Source: Fibrobacterota bacterium (GTDB taxonomy: Bacteria > Fibrobacterota > Fibrobacteria > UBA11236). From it: a stretch of 64,000 bases of DNA. The notes under the pieces are model-generated. The model was given only the letters and a program-made list of their open reading frames with translations, was not told the origin of the DNA and did not search any database. Position 1 is the first letter of the stretch; every line of letters starts with the position of its first letter. Both the position numbers and the translations under genes were made by a program. The DNA is taken from contig JAQBPN010000084.1 in NCBI GenBank assembly GCA_028287505.1, positions 22,147 through 86,146 on the forward strand. The letters run 5' to 3'. Of the stretch, positions 56,694 to 64,000 are shown piece after piece.

Positions 56694-58340
56694 ATGAAAT
56701 TGAAATTGCTGTTGGCAGCCGCCCTCGCCGCTCAGGTCTCCTACGGTCAGGGTTTCTTCACCAAAGGCCTCACCAAGCTGGCCAAGGCGGTCGGGAACCT
56801 GACCACCGCCAAGGTCGCCAACCTGGACGGGGTGGTGGCCACGGTCAATATCGGCAGCAATCTCCATACGGACAAGCTGGGAACGATTTCCCAATCGTTT
56901 TTCAACGGCTGGAAATCGGGCGGCGACGCCGTCAGCGTCATGTTCTCCAAGAAGGACCTGCCGGGCTTTTTCAAGATCGACGGCAGCGTCACGGTAGACG
57001 GCAAGCCCATGGATTACCTGACGGCGGGCAACTATGGCCTGGTTTCCGATGCCAACCCCGCGGCGCGCAAGATCGAAATCACCACCACTTCCGGGCAGAA
57101 GGCCAGCTTCAAGATCGAACCGTGCCGCAAGATGATCAAGCTGATTTCCATCAACGGACAGAAGGACGGCGATATCAAGGTGGACCTCAGCAAGGATGTG
57201 GAGCTGGAACTGGGGGTTCCCGCCGGCATGGAAAACGCCATGATGAAGGTCAGCGTCGCCATCAACCAGATGAGCGTCAAGAGCATCTACGACGTATGCT
57301 ATACGCACGCGGCTCCCAAAATCATCGTCCCCGCCAGCGCGTTCCGCAACGTCGGCGTCGCCCCCGCGAGCACGGCCCTATACAGCTTCAAGAACAGCTA
57401 CCTGTCGGTGGGCGTGGAAACCGTCGAAGACGCGAAGGAAGTCACCGGGAGCTTTTCCGCCCTCAGGTATTCCGCCTCCTACAACGACGGCAAGCTGGTC
57501 ACGGTCACGGTGGAGCCGAACTTGAACAAAGGACTGGCGTCCAAAGGGACGGACAAGCAATTGGACATGAAGTACGATTTCTTCAAGCCCAACGCCTTCA
57601 TGAGCCGCCCGTTCGAACAGATGAAAACCATCGGCCTGAAATCCTTTTCCATCCGGGGCACCACTTACCACCAGTCCTCTTCCACTTCCACCTCGGAAAC
57701 CGCGACGACCATCACCACTACCACGACCACTACCACCTTGCAGTTCCCGATGCAGCCCGATTCGGTCTGGGACGGCCTTATGGAGCGGGCCTATCCGGAT
57801 TTCATCGCCGTGATCGAATCGGAGATGGGCGCCAAGGTCCTTCCCGTCGAAGCCGTCTCCCATTCCGACGCCTACAAGAACACCGTCGCATTCGCCAAGG
57901 ACGACGCCAATACCAAGGTCGCATTCGCCCGGTCGTTCCGCGATACGAAGGTGATGTCCGCATTCATGCCGGTGACGGAAGGCTATGGATCCAACGGGAT
58001 CAACGAGAAGCTCATGAACCAGGCCGGGGCCGACGGGCTGCTTACGATGACCCTGGATCTGGAGATCTCGTCCGACGGCAAGCTCGTTCTCATGGTCCCG
58101 AAATTCGGCTTCGAAATGGTCGGAAGGACCAATGGCCCCATTGTGGATACCAAGTATTGCTCCGGCAGCATCCAAAGCAACACCGGCGTCGGTTTCAAAA
58201 CCCCTATCACACCCGCGGAATTGGAAAAGATCATCCGCAAATCCGATTTGGTGGCGGTTTTCCGCAAGGGGCTGCAGGACCTCAAGGAAAAGGAAAAGGC
58301 CAACGGCGACTATGCGCCGGTATGGGCCCTGCAAAAATGA
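56694..58340 (+). CDS. Secreted hypothetical protein with an internal poly-Thr linker
   Basis: Signal peptide MKLKLLLAAALAAQVSYGQ; SSSTSTSETATTITTTTTTTT linker; no known domain. Confidence 0.5.
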   Translation: MKLKLLLAAALAAQVSYGQGFFTKGLTKLAKAVGNLTTAKVANLDGVVATVNIGSNLHTDKLGTISQSFFNGWKSGGDAVSVMFSKKDLPGFFKIDGSVTVDGKPMDYLTAGNYGLVSDANPAARKIEITTTSGQKASFKIEPCRKMIKLISINGQKDGDIKVDLSKDVELELGVPAGMENAMMKVSVAINQMSVKSIYDVCYTHAAPKIIVPASAFRNVGVAPASTALYSFKNSYLSVGVETVEDAKEVTGSFSALRYSASYNDGKLVTVTVEPNLNKGLASKGTDKQLDMKYDFFKPNAFMSRPFEQMKTIGLKSFSIRGTTYHQSSSTSTSETATTITTTTTTTTLQFPMQPDSVWDGLMERAYPDFIAVIESEMGAKVLPVEAVSHSDAYKNTVAFAKDDANTKVAFARSFRDTKVMSAFMPVTEGYGSNGINEKLMNQAGADGLLTMTLDLEISSDGKLVLMVPKFGFEMVGRTNGPIVDTKYCSGSIQSNTGVGFKTPITPAELEKIIRKSDLVAVFRKGLQDLKEKEKANGDYAPVWALQK

Positions 58341-58378
58341 GCGTTTAACGGGGAAGGATATGTATTTTCCATGCATCC

Positions 58379-58795
58379 ATGCATGAAAAAGACCTGAGCC
58401 TCCTGGCCAGAATCCTGCCCCACATGTTCGCCCGGTGGCGCCTGCCCCGGGACTTCGAGATCCTGGCGGAACATCCGGACGGCCGCATTCTCATCGATGC
58501 CCTGGCCGGCGCCGCCATCCACGAAACCGCGGGAACCCTCGACCTCACGATTGCCCGGGAACTGAAGGCCGGCCTGGACAGCCAATTGGAGCAAAGAGGT
58601 ATCGCCCGGGATACCCTGTGGGAAGCGACGGTCGCAATCGTCGTCGACACCAGCCGGGTCAAAACCGACCGCAACAACATCGTCCATTTCGATTTCCGCA
58701 TCACGTCCCGGATCCGCGCGGAATCGGGAACCTACGAGGGCGCCCAGGACGAGGAGCATGTCTGGCATTCACGGGCGGAGGGGGCGGAGGAATAA
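58379..58795 (+). CDS. Hypothetical protein
   Basis: 138-aa ORF with host-like codon usage. Confidence 0.3.
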   Translation: MHEKDLSLLARILPHMFARWRLPRDFEILAEHPDGRILIDALAGAAIHETAGTLDLTIARELKAGLDSQLEQRGIARDTLWEATVAIVVDTSRVKTDRNNIVHFDFRITSRIRAESGTYEGAQDEEHVWHSRAEGAEE

Positions 58796-58799
58796 CGCG

Positions 58800-59018
58800 T
58801 CAGTCGGTGGCTTTGTCCACGGCTTTATCCAGTTTCTTGCCCGCCTTTTCCCCCAAGCCGTCGGGTTCCACCGCATCATGGATGGAGTTGGATTTGGTCC
58901 CGTCCAGCTTTTCGCCCATTTTCTCGGCGCCGCCTTCCTTGCGGCAACCCGTGTTCAGGGTCAGGGTGGCGGCCATCAGGACGGCGGCGAGCACGGCGGG
59001 AATCGTGGATTTCTTCAT
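58800..59018 (-). CDS. Small lipoprotein (~72 aa), Lys/Asp-rich
   Basis: MKKSTIPAVLAAVLMAATLTLNTGC. Confidence 0.4.
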   Translation of the reverse strand: MKKSTIPAVLAAVLMAATLTLNTGCRKEGGAEKMGEKLDGTKSNSIHDAVEPDGLGEKAGKKLDKAVDKATD

Positions 59019-59249
59019 GGTATTCCTCTTGGGTAGCCCCCTACCGGATGGACCGGTCCTGGGGCGGGTTCCACCCGAAACTAGGTTTCCACTAGTCGGA
59101 AGCAATGGGGAAAAAGAGCGGGGCGCGCATGGCGGACGTTCTGCGCCTGGGAGAACTCATCCACTCGCAATTCTGAAAGGGCGCGAAGTTCCCTGGAACC
59201 CCGCGCCTCTTCTGGAACCCGGCTCGGAATCGGGAGTCCGAGGGACTCC

Positions 59250-61061
59250 TTAGAATTCGGCGCGACGCGCTTTGACGGGCACGCCCTTGATGCGGACCTT
59301 CTTGAACACGGCCACGATGGTGTCGAGGCTGTCCTCGGGCACTTCCGCGATGGTGTGCTTTTCCTTCACCTCGATGTTGCCGAAAGCTTTTCCGGGAATG
59401 CCGGTTTCCCCCGCCAATGCGCCCAGGATGTCCTTGGGACGGACTCCCTGCAGGGTGCCCACGTTGATGAACAGTTTGGCGTGGGTGGCGCCTTCGAATT
59501 CGGCCATGTCCTTGGAGGCGGGTTTATTCTTCCACTCCCGCTTGGGCCGGTCCTCGGCGACATTGTCGCTGCGGCTGGGCCGATCGTTGTATCCACCGCG
59601 ATCGGGGCGGGGTCCGCGGTCACCGTTACCTCCGCGGTCAATGTTACCTCCGCGGTCGCCGTAGCCTCCGCGATCCTGTCCGCCCTTGCGATCGCTTCGA
59701 TCGCCGCGGTCGCGGGGATCGAATCCGCCGCCCTCGCGGCCGGCGTTGAACTGCTCCGGTTCGCGCGTCTGCGCTTCCGGCAGGGTCAGCTTGAGCATGG
59801 CGGCGGCCACGTCCGACGCGGTCACATCCCCTTCAATCAGCGTATCCACCATGGCGTGGAACCGGTCCAGGCCGCCCGCGGCCAGGGTCTCGCGGATCTT
59901 GTCCAGAACCACCGAGTGCTGGGCCGATTCAACCTGATCCAGGGTGGGCACGGCGCGGCGCGTGATCTTCATCTTGGCGAAGCGTTCGATGTTGCGCAGG
60001 CGGAAGATGTCCTTGCCGGAGGCGAAGCTCAGGGCCAGGCCCTTCTTGCCGGCGCGTCCCGTGCGGCCGATGCGGTGCACGTAATCCTCTTCGTCCTTGG
60101 GCAGATCATAGTTGACGACCATCTCCACGTCCTTGACGTCGATGCCGCGGGAAGCCACGTCCGTGGCTACGAGGATTTCGGTGGTGCCGCTGCGGAACTT
60201 GGCCATGATGCGATCACGCATGGCCTGCTTGTGCTCGCCGTGCAGGCCTTCCGCGGAGTAGCCGCGCGCTTGGAGGTGTTCCACCAGTTCGTCCACCCCG
60301 ATGCGGGTATTGCAGAACACGATGCCGAGTTTGACGCGGTGGAAATCCAGGACGCGGCTCAGGGCCTCGGCCTTCTGGTAGCGCTGGACTTCCATGTACG
60401 CCTGTTCGATGGCGGGGATGGTCAGGTTTTCCGGCGTGGATTTGATCATCAAGGGATTCTTGAGGAAGGCCTGGGCCAGGCGCTTGATGCCCGGCTGCAT
60501 GGTAGCCGAGAACAGTACCGTCTGGCGTTCCGCCGGGATCCGTCCCACGATCTTCTCCAGATCCTCCTGGAAGCCCATGTCGAGCATTTCGTCGGCTTCG
60601 TCGAGCACCACCAGCTTGACCTTGTCCAGCTTGAGACTGCCGCGCTCCAGATGATCGATCAGGCGCCCGGGAGTGCCGATGACGATGTGGGCGCCGCGCT
60701 TGAGGCCGAACAATTGGCGGTCATAAGCCTGGCCGCCATAGATGGGAAGCGCTCGCAGGTTTTTCTTGTGCTTGCCCAGCTTGCCGATCTGTTCGGCCAC
60801 TTGGATGCAGAGCTCGCGGGTGGGGCAGAGGACGAGCACCTGAACGGCATCGCTGCCGGTGTCGGTTTTCTCGACGGCGGGAACGGCGAAGGCGATGGTC
60901 TTTCCCGTCCCGGTGCCGGACTGGCCGATCACGTCGCGGCCTTCCAGGATGGGAGGGATGGCTTCGCCCTGGATGGCGGTGGCGATTTCGAAACCCATTT
61001 CCTCGATGCTTTTGAGCACTTCTTTGGAAAGGGACAAGGCTGTGAACGGAACTTTGGACAT
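59250..61061 (-). CDS. deaD: DEAD-box ATP-dependent RNA helicase with RGG/Asp-Arg-rich linker and C-terminal DbpA-type RNA-binding domain
   Basis: Q-motif; Walker A AQSGTGKT; DEAD; SAT; HRIGRTGRAG; GYGDRGG repeats; start MSKVPFTAL. Confidence 0.8.
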   Translation of the reverse strand: MSKVPFTALSLSKEVLKSIEEMGFEIATAIQGEAIPPILEGRDVIGQSGTGTGKTIAFAVPAVEKTDTGSDAVQVLVLCPTRELCIQVAEQIGKLGKHKKNLRALPIYGGQAYDRQLFGLKRGAHIVIGTPGRLIDHLERGSLKLDKVKLVVLDEADEMLDMGFQEDLEKIVGRIPAERQTVLFSATMQPGIKRLAQAFLKNPLMIKSTPENLTIPAIEQAYMEVQRYQKAEALSRVLDFHRVKLGIVFCNTRIGVDELVEHLQARGYSAEGLHGEHKQAMRDRIMAKFRSGTTEILVATDVASRGIDVKDVEMVVNYDLPKDEEDYVHRIGRTGRAGKKGLALSFASGKDIFRLRNIERFAKMKITRRAVPTLDQVESAQHSVVLDKIRETLAAGGLDRFHAMVDTLIEGDVTASDVAAAMLKLTLPEAQTREPEQFNAGREGGGFDPRDRGDRSDRKGGQDRGGYGDRGGNIDRGGNGDRGPRPDRGGYNDRPSRSDNVAEDRPKREWKNKPASKDMAEFEGATHAKLFINVGTLQGVRPKDILGALAGETGIPGKAFGNIEVKEKHTIAEVPEDSLDTIVAVFKKVRIKGVPVKARRAEF

Positions 61062-61300
61062 GGAACTCCTGATTGGACCGGCGCGATCGGCCGGAACGGC
61101 GATAAGGCGGGTAGGGGAGAATAGCTTTTTATCCGGGATCGGCCAATCCCGCTTTTTGGGGAACCGGCGGATATGGGGAAGTGCATGGGGAAGAAAGGCC
61201 GTAATGGAGGTGAACGGAGGCGAACGCCGCAAAATCCCGGGGGGATCGGGGCGCTGAAGCCCCGTCCCTGCGGATCCCGGAACCGAGGGAAGCCCTCGTC

Positions 61301-62065
61301 TCAGTATGACGGCGGCTTGGGAGCCGTGTCCACCGGAACGGGGACGGGAATGGTATCCGTCTTGATGGTCGTCGTATCCTTCGTGCCGGTCGTATCGTTC
61401 TTGATCACGGTGGTATCGGTCGGATTGCCGGTCACCAGTCCGATTATGCCGCAACCGATGCGGCCGTCCGAGCCGCCCGCGGGTTGGGTCATGTAGTCGT
61501 CCGGAAGGGCGTGGACCACCACGCTGCGTCCCAACACGGAGCGCGATGCCGTATCCAGGTCGGCAGCCGAATCCTTGATGGGCCCGCCGGCCAACGCGGT
61601 TACGGTGCTCAGCGTGAAGACGCCCGTAATGATCTCGAAATGGCCCACTCCATTCGTATCGACCTGGAGATTGGGCAAATCGCCCCTATGATGCGACGGG
61701 AGAGTGTCGAACGGGTTGCCATGGATTTCCCCCGCGGACGCGAAATGGCCTCCGGAGGCTTCCGGCGAGGTGCAATTGCCGAATTGATGCACATGGATGG
61801 CGTATTGCGTGCCTGGGAATAGGCCGGAGACGGTTCCTTGCACCAGTATGGAATCGCCCAGTTCCTTGAAGGTGACAGTTCCCGTGAGGTTACTGTCGGT
61901 GTAGCCGCGGATTGCGGCGGTGGCCATGGCCGAGGCCAACGGGAATTGGCTGGTGGGACTCGTTCCGCTGTCGTTGTCATTGTCATTCCAGCAACCGGCC
62001 ATCAGCAGGCCGGCCAAAGGCGCGGCAATGGCCAGGGTTTTCATGCGGAGAGGAAGGGCCTTCAT
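61301..62065 (-). CDS. sodC: Periplasmic Cu/Zn superoxide dismutase lipoprotein with a Thr/Pro-rich C-terminal extension
   Basis: LAGLLMAGC lipobox; HVHQFGNC, HGNPFD, HHRGDLPN, GGSDGRIGCGII metal/disulfide motifs; C-terminal TDTTVIKNDTTGTKDTTTIKTDTIPVPVPV. Confidence 0.75.
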   Translation of the reverse strand: MKALPLRMKTLAIAAPLAGLLMAGCWNDNDNDSGTSPTSQFPLASAMATAAIRGYTDSNLTGTVTFKELGDSILVQGTVSGLFPGTQYAIHVHQFGNCTSPEASGGHFASAGEIHGNPFDTLPSHHRGDLPNLQVDTNGVGHFEIITGVFTLSTVTALAGGPIKDSAADLDTASRSVLGRSVVVHALPDDYMTQPAGGSDGRIGCGIIGLVTGNPTDTTVIKNDTTGTKDTTTIKTDTIPVPVPVDTAPKPPSY

Positions 62066-62243
62066 GGGAAGCTCCTTTCGTAGGGATGGAAATCGGGGTG
62101 CGAGCCGAGAGTAAGATCAAAATAAACTCGGGACGGCCGGAAGCGAAAACATTCGCCGCGCCCCCAGGCGCCACATTGGCAGGCCTCCGCGCTTCCATTT
62201 TTTCCGCACGCAATTGCGGGAAAGTTTAATTTGGAGACTTCGA

Positions 62244-63416
62244 ATGTCCCCGGATGGATTACTCCGTCCCTTCCCAGCTGGAGGCTCCGTGAAGACGAAA
62301 ACCAAATCCCGCGCGCAGGCCGAAATCGAAAACCTCCTGGAGCACACCAACGTCCGCATCGGCGGCGACAGGCCGTGGGATCCGGAAATCCACGATGAAC
62401 GCTTCTTCGAGCGCGTGCTCGCGCACGGCACCCTGGGGCTGGGAGAGTCCTACATGCAGGGCTGGTGGGATTGCGAGTCCATCGATGAATTCTTCTGCCA
62501 ATGCCTGCGCGGCGGTCTCCAGGAAAAGGTGGATCGCAAGCCCATGCTGATCCTTTCCGCGATCGAAGCCAGGCTCCGCAACCGCCAATCGAAATTCGAG
62601 CCCATGGGCACGGTCCGGGCGCATTACGATCTGGGCAACGATCTTTACGTGGGCATGCTCGACGGGAACATGGTGTATACCTGCGCCTACTGGAAGGACG
62701 CGCACAACCTGGAACAGGCCCAACTGGACAAGCTCGATCTGGTATGCCGCAAACTGGAACTGGAAAAAGGCATGCGCATGCTCGACATCGGTTGCGGCTG
62801 GGGCAGCCTATGCAGGTTCGCCGCGGAGAATTACGGCGTCGAGATGGTCGGCATCACCATCGCCGGGGAGCAGGCCAGGCTGGCCCGGGACATGTGCAAA
62901 GGCCTGAAGGTGGAAATCCGCGTGCAGGACTACCGGGAGGTGGACGAAGAGTTCGATCGGGTGGTCTCGCTGGGAATGTTCGAGCACGTGGGCGTCAGGC
63001 ATTTCCGCCCCTATATGAAAATGGCCCATCGCTGCCTCAAGGACGGCGGCCTCTTCCTGCTGCACACCATGGGGGGCAACAAATCCTACACGGAGACCAA
63101 CGATTGGATCGACAAGTACATCTTCCCGGACTCCATCATCCCTTCCATCGCCCAAATCGGCGAGGCCGTGGAGAATCTTTTCGTCATGGAAGATTGGCAC
63201 AATATCAGCACCGACTACGATCTCACCCTGCTTTCCTGGCACGCCAATTTCCAGCGCGCCTGGCCGCAATTGCGGGACCAGTACGGAGAGACCTTCAAGA
63301 GGATGTGGGACTATTACCTGTTGTCGTTCGCGGGACTGTTCCGGGCGCGTCAGAACCAGGTCTGGCAGATCGTGCTCTCGAAGAACCGCCCGTCCCAGTA
63401 CCGGTCGGTGCGGTAG
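62244..63416 (+). CDS. cfa: Cyclopropane-fatty-acyl-phospholipid synthase
   Basis: Near-colinear with E. coli Cfa: LGLGESYMQGWWDC, HYDLGNDLY, VLDIGCGWG, VSLGMFEHVG, YIFPDS, FVMEDWHN. Confidence 0.85.
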   Translation: MSPDGLLRPFPAGGSVKTKTKSRAQAEIENLLEHTNVRIGGDRPWDPEIHDERFFERVLAHGTLGLGESYMQGWWDCESIDEFFCQCLRGGLQEKVDRKPMLILSAIEARLRNRQSKFEPMGTVRAHYDLGNDLYVGMLDGNMVYTCAYWKDAHNLEQAQLDKLDLVCRKLELEKGMRMLDIGCGWGSLCRFAAENYGVEMVGITIAGEQARLARDMCKGLKVEIRVQDYREVDEEFDRVVSLGMFEHVGVRHFRPYMKMAHRCLKDGGLFLLHTMGGNKSYTETNDWIDKYIFPDSIIPSIAQIGEAVENLFVMEDWHNISTDYDLTLLSWHANFQRAWPQLRDQYGETFKRMWDYYLLSFAGLFRARQNQVWQIVLSKNRPSQYRSVR

Positions 63417-63441
63417 GGCGGGGGGCTTCTTGGCGCGGAAT

Positions 63442-63966
63442 TCAGGCTACGGCTTCCGCCTGCTGCCCATGGCATTTCTTGTATTTTTTCCCGCTGCCGC
63501 AGGGGCATGGATCATTCCGGCCTATTTTGGGGCCTTCCAACCGGACCTGTTTGACGGGAGGAGTGCGTCCGTCGTCGAAGTACCATGAGCCTTCGAGCTT
63601 CACGAAGGTGGCCAGCTCGTGATGTTTGTTTTCCTCGCCCTTTTCGCGATACTTCACGATGAACTCGACCTGGCCGGTGGCGTCCGCGGGGCCGCCTTTT
63701 TCCGTGGACACGATTTCAAGTCCGTCCCACTCGGAATTCCGCGACCAGTCCTCGATGCCCTTCCGGTCGAATTCCTTCCTTCTGGCGGGAGAAACCGAGT
63801 TCAGGATGAAATCGATTTCATGCGTAACAAAGGCCGTATACCGGGCCCGCATCAGATCGACCGCGGATTCGGGGGTTTTCAGCCCCTTCAACACCGGCTC
63901 ACAGCACACGGAGAAGGTTTTTTGCGTGCCGCACGGACAAAGATCGTTTTCCATTTTCGGGATCAC
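63442..63966 (-). CDS. ychJ: YchJ-family (UPF0225) protein with SEC-C motifs at both termini
   Basis: N-terminal CPCG...CC and C-terminal [14 protein letters not shown]. Confidence 0.7.
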   Translation of the reverse strand: MIPKMENDLCPCGTQKTFSVCCEPVLKGLKTPESAVDLMRARYTAFVTHEIDFILNSVSPARRKEFDRKGIEDWSRNSEWDGLEIVSTEKGGPADATGQVEFIVKYREKGEENKHHELATFVKLEGSWYFDDGRTPPVKQVRLEGPKIGRNDPCPCGSGKKYKKCHGQQAEAVA

Positions 63967-64000
63967 CTCGGTTTAAGCTTGGCATGAAAATTAATAAACC

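Noticed and set aside
59355-61124. 589-aa + ORF antisense to deaD.
   Set aside because: Antisense of a canonical DEAD-box helicase.
1-64000. Search for tRNA/rRNA genes, CRISPR arrays, transposases and integrases.
   Set aside because: No cloverleaf-like or rRNA-like segments, no repeat-spacer arrays, and no transposase, integrase or recombinase-like ORFs were recognised by eye; unaided inspection cannot fully exclude small ncRNAs.

Overview
High-GC (~65%) bacterial chromosomal window, densely coding. Secretome and regulator signatures point to the FCB/Fibrobacteres–Gemmatimonadetes neighbourhood: a TIGR02147-type regulator, a T9SS/FlgD-Ig-like C-terminal tail, a PEP-CTERM tail and PPi-PFK-like N-terminal motifs. 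Main content, left to right: (a) a minus-strand diheme c-type cytochrome that runs off the window start and is absent from the ORF track; (b) a Kelch protein and an amino-sugar-to-glycolysis operon (PFK, LmbE-type deacetylase, SIS deaminase); (c) an OMP and a lipoprotein hydrolase; (d) a 1103-aa secreted protein with DUF2341, LamG, ~150 collagen Gly-X-Y triplets and a 7-blade propeller; (e) a DUF1080 protein and a phytase-like protein with a PEP-CTERM tail; (f) a ~16.5-kb minus-strand aryl-polyene/flexirubin-type biosynthetic operon (two ACPs, KS/CLF-like proteins, FabG, dehydratases, an adenylation–dehydratase fusion, an aromatic amino-acid ammonia-lyase, a thioesterase, acyltransferases, GT2, LolA-like, MMPL, a FAD halogenase-like enzyme) carrying an in-frame 24-bp tandem repeat; (g) a low-GC lipoprotein gene; (h) a TonB-dependent receptor, YfiR-like (DUF4154) protein and hybrid histidine kinase operon; (i) a helicase and a low-GC XRE islet; (j) a giant multidomain secreted protein translationally coupled to a TIGR02147 regulator; (k) housekeeping and stress genes (YaiI, GNAT, GH64-like glucanase, ABC1 kinase, DeaD, SodC, Cfa, YchJ). 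No rRNA, tRNA, CRISPR or transposase was recognised. Note: the long ORFs listed in the track inside the collagen repeat and opposite the real genes are frame artefacts of GC-rich triplet periodicity. Gene starts were placed by codon counting from the track coordinates and may be off by a few bases.
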